A DNA stretch of 64,000 nt from Phycisphaeraceae bacterium (lineage in GTDB: Bacteria > Planctomycetota > Phycisphaerae > Phycisphaerales > UBA1924): contig JAHBWV010000002.1 of NCBI GenBank assembly GCA_019636845.1, forward strand, positions 35,655-99,654, written 5' to 3'. Shown here piece after piece: positions 9,412-19,300 of this stretch (its first letter is position 1; every line of letters begins with the position of its first letter). The position numbers and the translations under genes are program-made. Below the pieces are notes generated by a model that did no database searches, was not told the origin of the DNA, and saw only the letters and a program-made list of their open reading frames with translations.

Positions 9412-9443
9412 TTCTCCACAATTGTGGGTATCGCTGTGGATAG
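9412..9443. promoter_or_regulatory. Cluster of three DnaA-box-like 9-mers
   Basis: TTCTCCACA (9412-9420), TGTGGGTA (9423-9430) and TGTGGATAG (9435-9443) each sit within 1-2 mismatches of TTATCCACA/TGTGGATAA. The first two form the palindrome CCACAATTGTGG. The cluster lies in the 626-bp dnaA-mutM intergenic region next to a locally AT-richer stretch (9338-9370). Confidence 0.4.
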
Positions 9444-9464
9444 TCCTCCCCATCACCTCGCGGC

Positions 9465-10310
9465 TCATCGCTGACATCTCGCACACCACACCGTCGTCCT
9501 CTGCGCAACAACCCCACCTTTGAGGGTTGCCCCACACCCGATACACGGCTCGCCCATCCGGCCATACACCGCGTGCCCCAGCTGGGCTTGGCCCCGTTCC
9601 CCTGTTCCCCCGACGTAATCTCGCACCGTCGACCCACCCGCCTCCAGCGCGGCACGCATCACCCCACCGATCGCCAGGGCGAGCGCGTCCCACTCCTCAC
9701 GCCGCACACGTCGTGCGCCACGCGTCGGCCGGATCCCAGCCCGAAAGAGCGCCTCATCCGCGTAGATGTTCCCGACACCCGCGACCACCGATTGATCCAA
9801 CAACACACCCTTCACCGCGCGCGCCGATCTCCCACCGCGCTCGCGCAGCCCCTCCCCGGTCGCCTCCAGCGCGTCCGGACCCAGCTCGCTCCACCGATCC
9901 CTGAGCGCATCGAGCGAGAGCGGCCACAACCCGCCGAATCGGCGCGGATCACGAAACACCAGCACACCCGCGGGCTCGCGCTTCGTCGCCGCGCACGTCT
10001 CCATCGTCCACACCGCATGCACATGGTTTGTGGATGACAGATCCGGGCGCGTCGCGTGATGCACCAGCTGGCCGGTCATTCCCAGATGCACGATCAGCAC
10101 GCGGCCCGCACCCGCACCGGATCCGATCAGCGCCATCTGCTTCCCGTGCCTGCGTATCGCCTCGATCGTCGATCCCTCCAGCAACGCGCTCGCCGAGCGA
10201 TCGCCCTCCACAATGTCCGCCCGCCGCAACTCGACGCGCGACACACGCCGCCCCACGAGCAAGGGCTCGAGCGTCCGCCGCACCGTCTCCACTTCCGGCA
10301 ACTCAGGCAT
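9465..10310 (-). CDS. mutM: Formamidopyrimidine-DNA glycosylase
   Basis: It has the MPELPEVE N-terminus, the H2TH region, and the C-terminal zinc finger CIGCG...CARCQ. The start is set at MPELPEV (codon 8 of ORF 9465-10331). Confidence 0.9.
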   Translation of the reverse strand: MPELPEVETVRRTLEPLLVGRRVSRVELRRADIVEGDRSASALLEGSTIEAIRRHGKQMALIGSGAGAGRVLIVHLGMTGQLVHHATRPDLSSTNHVHAVWTMETCAATKREPAGVLVFRDPRRFGGLWPLSLDALRDRWSELGPDALEATGEGLRERGGRSARAVKGVLLDQSVVAGVGNIYADEALFRAGIRPTRGARRVRREEWDALALAIGGVMRAALEAGGSTVRDYVGGTGERGQAQLGHAVYGRMGEPCIGCGATLKGGVVAQRTTVWCARCQR

Positions 10311-10408
10311 GGGAAAGCATCCGACGTACACGCATCACAACGCTCTTCAGCCACCACTTCTTCGCGTTCAACATCTTCTTCTCGTTCTTCGCATGAAGCC
10401 CACATCTC

Positions 10409-10440
10409 CTCTCCGTGACTCTCCGTGTCCTCTGTGGTGA
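10409..10440 (+). repeat. Short dispersed repeat, family B (CTCCGTG..CCTCTGTGGTGA)
   Basis: ctctccgtgactctccgtgtcctctgtggtga lies in the mutM-tadA intergenic region. Related copies are at 28817-28860 (inverted), 30128-30210 and 30877-30910. Confidence 0.5.
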
Positions 10441-10463
10441 ATGTCTTCCTCTTCTTCCGGCTC

Positions 10464-11132
10464 TCACACCCCCGGCGCGGAACTGTCCGGCTTCCTCGGC
10501 CTGTCCGGCCTCCGCAGCGACGCGAAGAAACTCTTGAGCAGCGCAGCGCACTCATCCGCAAGCACACCATCCACCGGCACGACACGGTGATTCAGGCGCG
10601 CATCGTTCGTCAGCGACATCAGCGTGCGGCACGCACCGGCCTTCGGATCCGCCGCGCCGTACACCAGCCGCCCCACCCGCGCGTTCACGATCACACCCGC
10701 ACACATCGGGCACGGCTCCAGCGTCACCACCACCGTGCAATCGCTCAGCCGCCAATCACGCCTCACGCGGCACGCCTCGCGCATCGCCATCAACTCCGCG
10801 TGCGCTGTCGGGTCCCGATCCAGCTCGCGCCGGTTCGATGCCTCCGCCAACACCCGCCCCGTCGCCGTCTCATACACCACCGCGCCCACCGGCACCTCGC
10901 CCACAGCCGCGGCCTCGCGCGCCAGCTCCAACGCCCGACGCATCATCGCCACATCCGTCTCGGTCGCGAGAGATGTGTGAGGCGGAATGGGATCGAGTAC
11001 GGGCGAAGGATCCGGCCCGGGCTCGACGGGCTCAAGGATCCGCGTCGGACGCGGCTCCGGCACTTCCGCGTCAGGCAACGCCCCACGCGAGTACCACCCG
11101 AAGACCCTCAGGATGTCCCGTCCCAGTCCCAT
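10464..11132 (-). CDS. tadA: tRNA-specific adenosine deaminase
   Basis: It has the CDA motifs HAELMAMREA and TLEPCPMCAG. The ~60-aa Pro-rich N-terminal extension may be spurious; an alternative start lies at MMRRALEL, 10946. Confidence 0.85.
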   Translation of the reverse strand: MGLGRDILRVFGWYSRGALPDAEVPEPRPTRILEPVEPGPDPSPVLDPIPPHTSLATETDVAMMRRALELAREAAAVGEVPVGAVVYETATGRVLAEASNRRELDRDPTAHAELMAMREACRVRRDWRLSDCTVVVTLEPCPMCAGVIVNARVGRLVYGAADPKAGACRTLMSLTNDARLNHRVVPVDGVLADECAALLKSFFASLRRPDRPRKPDSSAPGV

Positions 11133-11146
11133 GTGCGCCTCCTCCT

Positions 11147-11169
11147 GGTGGCACCGCTCTCCAGAGCGG
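11147..11169. repeat. Palindromic REP-like element, family A
   Basis: GGTGGCACCGCTCTCCAGAGCGG lies 36 nt downstream of the tatC stop. Near-identical copies are at 19267-19287 and 32312-32336. Confidence 0.55.
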
Positions 11170-11206
11170 CGATGGATGCGCCAAGCCGAGCCGTCTCACC
11201 ACGCCC

Positions 11207-12211
11207 TCAATCCTCCCCCTGCTCCTCAAGAATCTCAGATTCCGTCTTGAACAGCTTCTTCGCTGGAAGAATCTTCAACAGCACAAGCCCCAGCTCATAC
11301 AGCAGATAGATCGGAATCGACAGCAGCGGCTGCGACACCGGGTCCGGAGGCGTCAACACAGCCCCGATCACGAACGCACCCAGGATCGCGTGCTTCCGAT
11401 ACTTCGCGATCACCTTCGGATCAATCGCGCCCGCCCACCCGAGCAACAGCACGACCACAGGCGTCTGGAACGCCAGCGCAAACCCGATCCCCATCACCGT
11501 CAGCCACTTGAAGTAATCCGTCAGCCGCGGCTGGATCACAATCCCCGTGTCCCGCGTCAGCGCCATCCCATAAATCTCCGGGGGTTTCCCCTCGGGCGCG
11601 ACGTTCACCCGCAATTGCCTCAGCGGCTCGTTGATCCACATCGCTCCCGAGCTCGGCTCCGACGGATCCCCACCCAGCACCGGCGCAAGCGGGAGCACGA
11701 TCCCCGGCGACTCCACGATCTGGCTCCCACGCTCCGAGATCTGCGTGCCGAAGCGCATGAAGAACGCCAGGATCACCGGAAGCAGCACGAAATACATGAA
11801 GCACGCGCTCGCCGCGGTCAGCACGCTGCTCAGCGGCAACAGAATGTGGATGAACCGCCGCTCATGCCTGTACAGCCCCGGCGCGATAAAGAGCCACGCC
11901 TGATACAGAAGCCACGGGCTGCCCATCAACACCGTCGCCAGCAGCGACACCTTGATGTACTGCGCAAACGACTCCGCCGGCGAGGTCGAAAGAAAAGTCT
12001 CCGGCAGACCCTGCTCACGGAGCGAACTCCGCGCCGGCAGCATCAGGATCTCCATCAACTTGCGACCCAGCAACAACGCCAGAATCAGAATCGGGATCAA
12101 CCCCAGCAACGCCACGATCAGCCGCGAACGCAACTCCTCCAGATGATCGCCAAACGACATGGCATCACCCGACGGCTTGTTCGTGCTCAGCATGGAAACT
12201 CGCTGGGGCAT
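11207..12211 (-). CDS. tatC: Twin-arginine translocase subunit TatC (with a large loop insertion)
   Basis: MSFGDHLEELRSRLIVALLG... matches the TatC N-terminus, and the protein has multiple TM helices. Three in-frame ATGs (12211, 12193, 12160) leave the start uncertain. An insertion of about 70 aa (SERGSQIVESPG...ALTRDTGIVIQP) sits between helices. Confidence 0.85.
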   Translation of the reverse strand: MPQRVSMLSTNKPSGDAMSFGDHLEELRSRLIVALLGLIPILILALLLGRKLMEILMLPARSSLREQGLPETFLSTSPAESFAQYIKVSLLATVLMGSPWLLYQAWLFIAPGLYRHERRFIHILLPLSSVLTAASACFMYFVLLPVILAFFMRFGTQISERGSQIVESPGIVLPLAPVLGGDPSEPSSGAMWINEPLRQLRVNVAPEGKPPEIYGMALTRDTGIVIQPRLTDYFKWLTVMGIGFALAFQTPVVVLLLGWAGAIDPKVIAKYRKHAILGAFVIGAVLTPPDPVSQPLLSIPIYLLYELGLVLLKILPAKKLFKTESEILEEQGED

Positions 12212-12399
12212 GGCGTTTGTTTGGGAAACCTCGCCCGCACCCCTTTCTACCCGGCGCGGCACAATCCGACCGAACGGTATCTGGCTCCCGATCGTTGTAC
12301 CAATCACACGCAACCAGAACCCCGAACACCGGAATTCACCTGACGGGAACCCCCACGGGTGCGCATCCTCGTTCTGAGTCATTGCGGGAGTACAAGCAC

Positions 12400-13131
12400 G
12401 TGCGACTTGTCGGGCTCGAAGACCGAGCGGCTACCGGAAGCAGCGCGGGTGCTGCGCTCGTTCTCGCCGCGATCAGGGGCGAGCGCGACGCCCAGCGCCA
12501 GGTCTGGGAAGACCACCGCCGCTGGGTCGCCGCCGTCCTCATGGCCCACAAGCCCAGACAAGCCGACCTCGAAGACCTTCTGCAGGATGTCGCCATGCAG
12601 TTCGTGCGCCGTGTCAACGAGATCCGAGACCCCGCCGCGCTCAAGCCCTGGCTCCGCACGGTCGCCGTGAACGCCGCCCACGCGTCCGGGCGCACACTCA
12701 AACGCCGTCGCCGCGACGAGACCGAGCACCGCCCCGCCTCCGCCTCCGGAGCCCTCGGGCTCACCACCGGAGCCGGCGCACCCGCCGATGCCAAGCCCGA
12801 CCTCATGACCGGACGACGCGAAGAGGCCCGACGCCTCATGGAACTCTCAGAGCGACTCCCCGACGGATACCGCGAGCCACTCCTCCTCAGATGCCTCCAG
12901 GGCATGAGCTACCGCATGATCGGCGAACTCATGGGGCTTCCGGAGACCACCATCGAGACCCGCATCGCCCGAGGCAGGCGCATGCTCCGCGAACTCGCGG
13001 AGAAAGCCCCCTCAGAAACACACCCGCCAAGCCACACCATCGAACGCAAGCCCGAAGGCGCAACGCAGGACCCGCACGCGCCACAACCACACGCAGGGAC
13101 GCCGCACGAAAACGCGGAGCCAACACCATGA
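12400..13131 (+). CDS. ECF-type RNA polymerase sigma factor
   Basis: Region 2 is DLEDLLQDVAMQFVRRV...PWLRTVAVNAA and region 4 is LPDGYREPLLLRCLQGMSYRMIGELMGLPETTIETRIARGRRML. The probable start is GTG 12400. The stop overlaps the next start (ATGA at 13128-13131). Confidence 0.85.
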   Translation: MRLVGLEDRAATGSSAGAALVLAAIRGERDAQRQVWEDHRRWVAAVLMAHKPRQADLEDLLQDVAMQFVRRVNEIRDPAALKPWLRTVAVNAAHASGRTLKRRRRDETEHRPASASGALGLTTGAGAPADAKPDLMTGRREEARRLMELSERLPDGYREPLLLRCLQGMSYRMIGELMGLPETTIETRIARGRRMLRELAEKAPSETHPPSHTIERKPEGATQDPHAPQPHAGTPHENAEPTP

Positions 13132-13763
13132 CCGGCACCGATCGTGACATCCTGATCTCACGCGTCATCGACGGCGAGGCCTCGCCCGAGGACTGGTCCG
13201 CGCTCAAGGCCCTCGCCGAACGCGACCCCTCCGTCTGGAGAGACCTCGCCGGCCTCCAGCAAGACCACGCCGAGCTCTCCGGAGCCATGGCAGAGGTCGT
13301 CGCCCTCGCCGACGATGTCGACGCTCCCGTCTACGCCGCGGGCGGCATCTCCGACCGCGCCCGCTCGCTCCGCATGTGGGGGGGCTGGGCCGCCGCCGCC
13401 GCGCTCGCCCTCGCCTGGATCGTCCGCCCGCCGAACCACGCCGAAAGCCCGAACTCGATCGTTCCGGTCAATCACGCCGCGCTCTCCCCCTTCGGCCTCT
13501 CCGCCTCCTCACAACCCGACGACTACTTCGACGCCTATCTCCGCGCAGGCCAACAGGATGGCCGCGTCCTCGGCGAGGTCGGCGAGCCCCTTCTTGTCCA
13601 GACCATCCCGCAGGAAGGGGGCGGCTACGAGGTCCGATACGTCCGACAGATCATGGAGCGACGCATCGTCCCGCAGGTCTACGGCATCGGACTCGGCTAC
13701 GACGAGCGAGGCGAGGCCCGCCCCATCCTCATCCCCGTCACCACCGCACCGGGTCGAATGTAA
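13128..13763 (+). CDS. Putative anti-sigma factor (single-pass membrane protein)
   Basis: It is translationally coupled to the ECF sigma gene. The N-terminus DRDILISRVIDGEASPEDWSALKALAERDP is typical of anti-sigma factors. One TM helix is present (WGGWAAAAALALAWIV). Confidence 0.6.
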   Translation: MTGTDRDILISRVIDGEASPEDWSALKALAERDPSVWRDLAGLQQDHAELSGAMAEVVALADDVDAPVYAAGGISDRARSLRMWGGWAAAAALALAWIVRPPNHAESPNSIVPVNHAALSPFGLSASSQPDDYFDAYLRAGQQDGRVLGEVGEPLLVQTIPQEGGGYEVRYVRQIMERRIVPQVYGIGLGYDERGEARPILIPVTTAPGRM

Positions 13764-13916
13764 TCACAACACGCACCCGCACCAATGCGACGGAAACCCG
13801 TCCCACGCGCATCACTGTGTGAGAGTCCCGATCGGCCCATTGCACCGATCCGAAAGACGAAGAGTCTCGTGGCCGCGCACCAGACCCGCACACGCCGCGA
13901 GCAACGGAGCACACCC

Positions 13917-15257
13917 ATGAACCGCAACACCAGAAACACCGCACTCCTTCCCGTCGTCTCCGCCCTCCTCCTCGTCGCCGGAGCCGCAACCGCCCACGCG
14001 CAGGTCAGGTGGTCCGACCAGCCCGCGACCCCTCCGGCACCAACGTCGGGCTCCGCCGGCTCGCACACCCGCGCTGCCTTCAACACGCACGAAGACCGCA
14101 CGATCAACATGAGCGGCACCACCCCCAAGGGCGAGAAGTACGAGGTCTCCCTCAAGAACGGCGCGCTGGTCAACGCCAAACTCAACGGCAAGCGCGTCCC
14201 CGATGATCGAATCCGCCGCACCGAATCACGCCTCGATTTCCTGGATGAACGGGGCGATGTCATCCTCTCTCTGGAGACCAACACCACCTTTCCCGAGATC
14301 CCCCCCATCCCCACCATCCCCACCATCGACTCCATCCCGCGCATCGTGCCCCAGACCGGCTCCGGGGGCACGTGGTCCACGTCGATCTCGCCCAGCGCGG
14401 GCGTCTCCTTCGCGACAACACAGACCGAGCCCCCCAGGGTCATGGTCGGCATCAACATGTCCGACGTCGGCGCAACCCTTCGCGAGCACTTCGGCCTCAG
14501 CGAAGACACCGGCTTCGTGGTCGATACGGTGATCGAGGGCCTCCCCGCATCCAACGCGGGCATCCAGCCCCGCGACATCGTCATCGCCATCGACGGCCAG
14601 AGCGTCACCAACGCCACCCTCCGCCAGGTCCTCAACACCAAAGAGCCCGGACAGAAGGTCAAGGTCCGGATCCTCCGCAAGGGAAGCGAACAGAACCTCG
14701 ACATGGTGCTCGAACCCTACGACGCCGCCAAACTCGGCATCAGCCCCACGGCTGGCGCCTCGGGCAGCGGCGGCCCGACCATCATCCGCGAGTTCCCCAT
14801 GATCGATTTCTACCGCCGCTCCGGCAACTCAGAAGAGGTCCAGCGCGCCCTCGAACTCGCCGAACGCTCCATGGAGCAGGCCATGTCCCAGCTCCGAGGC
14901 CAGCAAGGCGCAGAGAGCATGCGCGAGGCATCCGAACGCATGCGCCAGGCCCTCGAAGAGCTCCGCCGCTCACAGAGCACCCTCCGCGAAGGAACCGCAG
15001 GACAAGAAGGACTCGATCGCCTCTTCGTCGTTCCATCAGCGCCCACACCTCCCGCCTCGCCCTCCGAGCCGGGCACCGCTCAGGGACGCACCTCGCAGCG
15101 CGGCTTCCAGGTCCTCCGCGATCCCAGAGCCGCAACCCCCGCCGAAGCCGATCGCATGGGCCAACTCGAATCCCAGATCAACGAACTCAACTCCCGCCTC
15201 GACAAACTCGACGACCGCATCGGCAAACTCCTCGATCGCCTCGAACGCGGCAACTGA
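13917..15257 (+). CDS. Periplasmic PDZ-domain protein with C-terminal coiled coil
   Basis: The signal peptide is MNRNTRNTALLPVVSALLLVAGAATAHAQ. The PDZ-like segment is GFVVDTVIEGLPASNAGIQPRDIVIAIDGQSV...KVKVRILRKG. The tail is rich in E/R/Q/L heptads. Confidence 0.8.
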   Translation: MNRNTRNTALLPVVSALLLVAGAATAHAQVRWSDQPATPPAPTSGSAGSHTRAAFNTHEDRTINMSGTTPKGEKYEVSLKNGALVNAKLNGKRVPDDRIRRTESRLDFLDERGDVILSLETNTTFPEIPPIPTIPTIDSIPRIVPQTGSGGTWSTSISPSAGVSFATTQTEPPRVMVGINMSDVGATLREHFGLSEDTGFVVDTVIEGLPASNAGIQPRDIVIAIDGQSVTNATLRQVLNTKEPGQKVKVRILRKGSEQNLDMVLEPYDAAKLGISPTAGASGSGGPTIIREFPMIDFYRRSGNSEEVQRALELAERSMEQAMSQLRGQQGAESMREASERMRQALEELRRSQSTLREGTAGQEGLDRLFVVPSAPTPPASPSEPGTAQGRTSQRGFQVLRDPRAATPAEADRMGQLESQINELNSRLDKLDDRIGKLLDRLERGN

Positions 15258-15361
15258 TCCACACCGGGGTAACAACCCCGGGCAACCGATCGAAACCCCC
15301 GCCGAATCACGCCGGTAGGACTCTCGATTCACAGCCGATCAACCCCCCGCCTCCGCAATGC

Positions 15362-15402
15362 GCGGGCGCGTGCAACGTCGCACGTGCCCGCGTTCTTTTC
15401 TC
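15362..15402 (+). terminator. Rho-independent terminator after the sigma/anti-sigma/PDZ operon
   Basis: A 12-bp stem pairs GCGGGCGCGTGC (15362-15373) with GCACGTGCCCGC (15380-15391), with one mismatch. It is followed by GTTCTTTTCTCC. Confidence 0.6.
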
Positions 15403-15661
15403 CTGCCGCGGCCGAAACACGCGCCAACTCCCGCGTGACAACCCCGCTCCAGCCCTCTCCGACCACGCGGTACACTGCATCGTCCAGTGCCATCGAAACA
15501 GAAACGCGGAGATGGGAGCCAGAGATGTTCGATATCGCCGTGGAGAGATTGCGCCGAATCCCTCTCAAACGCACCGACGAGGTCTGGGAGGTCGCGGCGA
15601 TGCCGCTGCCGGGTCTGTTCGGTGATCCCGGCGGCTCCGACGTCCCACAGCGGATGGCGGC

Positions 15662-16252
15662 GTGCGACCGATATCGGTCCCGGGGATCATGCGCCGAAAG
15701 GGCATGACGGTCGAGCGGGTGCGAGCATTCGCGCACGCCGCACGCGAGTTCTGGAGAGCCAAGCCGTGGACCCTGGCCGAGGGCGAGACGCTCTGGTCGA
15801 TCGAGCCGAGACCGAAGTTGAAACCGATGAGACACGTCACCGTCATGGGCGGCGGCGGCGAAGAGTTCGGGCTGGCGTTCCTCGACAACCCGGATCGAAT
15901 GAGGCAGATGATCGAATCGGACACCCCGAGCACATACTTCGAGGCCGCGCCAACGACGCACTGGAGCGTGGGCCTTGAGTGCCGCGAGGATGCGCCCCCG
16001 GCCGATGTCGCCCTCTGGGCGAGCGAGGACTTAGCGCTCGCGTCGGACGAGGCGTTCCCAATGCCGATGGGCGTAACGCCCGCAGGGCGCGCCTCACGCC
16101 CGACGCCAGAGATGCTCACGCTGATGGAGGGGTTGCTGCGCGTCTTCGCGAAAGTCGGCAAGAGGGAGTTCGAGCGGGACACGATCACGATGACCGTGCC
16201 CACGTTCGGCGGGGATGTCGGCTTTGTGCTGCACGCGGCACTCAGGACCTGA
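15662..16252 (+). CDS. Hypothetical protein (possibly the 3' part of a frameshifted longer gene starting at 15525)
   Basis: The composition looks like a protein (ERVRAFAHAAREFWRAKPWTLAEGE...VMGGGGEEFGLAFLDNPD...). The overlapping minus-strand ORFs are R/S/P-rich. An upstream ORF in another frame (ATG 15525 to stop 15707, MFDIAVERLRRIPLKRTDEVWEV...) overlaps it by 46 nt. Confidence 0.5.
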   Translation: MRPISVPGIMRRKGMTVERVRAFAHAAREFWRAKPWTLAEGETLWSIEPRPKLKPMRHVTVMGGGGEEFGLAFLDNPDRMRQMIESDTPSTYFEAAPTTHWSVGLECREDAPPADVALWASEDLALASDEAFPMPMGVTPAGRASRPTPEMLTLMEGLLRVFAKVGKREFERDTITMTVPTFGGDVGFVLHAALRT

Positions 16253-16349
16253 GAACATGGGCTTCTTGAGCAGGGGCGTTGCGTTGCGATTCTCCGACCA
16301 TGGGCGGCCGGAGTCGTCGAGGGCGGAAGGGTCGGACATGAGGGTGCTG

Positions 16350-19300
16350 TCATCTGGAAGGCGTGTGGCGTTTCCGAAATGGCAACGTGTCAAAGACGTG
16401 GATGGTCTGGTCGAACTTGTATCTGGCAACCAGGCGTGTGCCGTCCGAACTGAGTTGGAAGATGTCGAACCCATCCTCGTGCGAAGCCTCCGGTCTGAGC
16501 ACCAGCACCTCGCGCCCGGTTGCGGTTTCCCATACGCGGATGGTGTTGTCGAGCGAGGCCGTGAAGATGCGAGAGCCATCCGGGCTGAATATCGCGCGAT
16601 CGATAGCCCACGCGTGGCCCTTCAGCGTGCTGACTGTCTCCCCGGTGTCTGTGTCAACGACAACGCACCCCGCGTTCACGAAGTAGGCCATACGCGAGCC
16701 GTGGCTGTCGAACGATGCGACACCGAACCTCTGCCAGCCATCGAAGGCGGCCTGGTCGATCTCGGTAAGGACTCGATGAGCGCCGGAATCAGTCTCCCAG
16801 AGGCGAATCGTGCGATCTTCAGCCCGGGTCGCGAGGAATCTTCCAGAGGGATCGAACAGCACCTGCACCACGTGGCCGGAGTGCCCGTTGAGCGTCTGGA
16901 CTAATCGGCCGGATTCCACGTCGTACAGCTTCAGGGAGTGGTCTGACCAGGCGATCGCGGCGACAGACCCGTCCGCGTTGAGTGTGCCGCAGGGGTATCC
17001 GTCGCCCGTTGCTTCGAAGAGCGTGTCACCCGTGTCCATGTCGTACACACGCACGAGGCCGTTCCCGAGGCAGGCGAGGAGCCGCTTGCCGGCGTGGTCA
17101 CATCGGAGAGAGACCGGATCGCGTTCGGGCGTGCCGCCGTGGCGCTCTGAGATCTCGCGGCTTCGGATGGAAGGATTGTTGATGTGAACGGGGATGACGG
17201 CCTCGCCGAGGGACGCTGCGGTGGCGACATTCCATGCCCGAACGGAGGAGCCACGGCGCGTGAAGACCCGAGTTCCATCGTGGCTGAAGAACGCGCTCTG
17301 GATCCCGGCGTGGCCCTCCCACGCTTCCGGGCTTGGTATCGTCCATGTCGAAGACGGTCGGCCATTGTCAACATCGATGAGCGCGGCAGTGGCTCCTCCG
17401 CTCCAGTGGGGTGCGAGGATGTGCGTTCCGTTGAAGAGAGAGTTGTGAGCCTTCTCGAATCCAACGCGATAGATCGGGTCGTCGGGGGCCTCAAACGACG
17501 GTTGTGGGAGGGTGGTTGCATCCCAGATCCGGAAGGTGCCATCCCATGCGTAGCTGACAATCTTCGAGCCATCGGGGCTGTATGTCGTATTGATCCACGA
17601 ATCGCCGTGGCCAGCGAGTTTGGCCAGACGCTTCCCGGTGTTCGCGTCCCAGATGCAGACGAAGGGGCCTGCGTTCGCGACGATTCGCGCTCCATCGGGA
17701 GAGAACTCCCCACCATGCACGCCGTGAAGCTCCTCCGTGAACTCCTGGACGAGCTTGCCCGTGGCGATCTCATAGACTCGTCCCGCCTCGTTGTATGGGC
17801 GAACGAGCACGTGTCGTCCATCCGGAGAGACAGCGGCGCCGAGTGTCATCCACGCTGTCTCGAATGTGCCGATCGGTGTGAGCGAACTTGCGTCCCATGT
17901 GGAGTAGCGAGAGCCATGTCCATCGCTGGTCGTGGTGAGGACGATCTCGCCCCCGACATAGAGGTCGAGGTCGTTCGATAGCCCTTCGACAGAGTACAGG
18001 CACTCTCCAGAGGTTCCGTCCCAGAGGTCGATGCGGTACTTCGCGTTCTCGCCTGTGGCGACGCCCCACGTCAGGATGTCCGTGTCGTTCGCGGAGAATC
18101 GGGCCCGGAACTGCTTGTATCTCGCACTCGCGTCGATGGATGTGATGACCGATCCGTCCGATGCATTCAACACCTTGCCGGCGGCGTAGATCCTTTCGCC
18201 TGAGGATGAGAACGTCGGCTCGCCCGGCAGCACGTACCGTGGTTGCAGCGTGCGGCAGTCCCATGCCTCCGCGAAGCTTGTCTTGGAGCCGGTGAGCGGA
18301 TCGATGCGAGAGCCGAGAACACCGAGCAGGCCGGCACGGGGTGATGAACTGAAATGACGCACCACGACACTTTCGGGGCTCGATGAGATCTCCTCGCCGG
18401 TGTGTGCATCCAAGCAGACGATCTGCCCGCACTCGGAGAGGGCTGCGACGAGCTCTCCATTTGAGACGAAATCGGCTCTCATCCAGTGCGCCGGCTCTCC
18501 CGGCGCGAGGACGGCGAATCGGCTTGCGTCCGAGCTTGCCCACAGATACTGCCATTCCCAGTTGCGAAGATGCTCCGCGCACGCGCTCAGGTAGCGACGC
18601 GCTGAATAAGGGTCAGAGAGCGCGGCGAAGATGTTGGCAACATACGCGGACCACTCGGCGGCATCCGTCTTGTCGCGCAACTCCTCCTGTGCCGCAAGCA
18701 CCCTCTGCGCGGTCTCCATGGACATCGCCGCGAGTTCTCGGAGATCCGCAGGAAGAGACTCAGGCGGCTGATTCGGATCAAATCCGTTGCCCGGCGTGAT
18801 CGCGGTGTTGTTCAACGAACCGACGTATCTCACGTCCGGATCATCGAAGCGCCCCTGCAAGAACGCAACGAGTGCTCGGTTCGCTCTCTCGGCAAAATGG
18901 CGTTGCATCTCAGCCCGTGCCGCACTCTCGCCCGCGAGCCGCGCCTGATAGTCCGCCTCGACGCTCGCTCGCGCCGCACGGTTCCACCCCCACGTCGTCC
19001 CCGCAATCCCCACCAGCAACGCCGCAGCCACCGCGCTCCCCGCAATCACCGGCCCCTTGTTACGCCGCACAAACTTCCGCAACCGATACCCCGCGCTCGG
19101 CGGCGCGGCAACCACCGCCTCGCCCTTCAAGTGCCGCTCAACATCCGCGGCCAATGCGCTCGGGGTTTCGTAACGCCGGGCGCGGTCCTTGTCGAGGGAC
19201 TTCATCACGATCCAGTCGAGCTCGCCGCGGAGAGTTGAGGGAGGGAAAGGGACTTTGCGTTTGGTCGCACCGCTCTCCAGAGCGGTGTGGCTCGGGTTAG

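Noticed and set aside
10838-12343. 501-aa plus-strand ORF across tadA/tatC
   Set aside because: It is an R/P/H/Q-rich antisense shadow. TadA and TatC motifs are on the minus strand.
5325-15262. Isolated DnaA-box-like cores (ATCCACA/TGTGGAT) at about 5333, 7007, 10029, 11634 and 15256
   Set aside because: They are single occurrences, almost all inside coding regions (the 15256 site overlaps the stop codon of the PDZ gene). The frequency is only slightly above chance for a 7-mer, so they are not evidence for an origin on their own.
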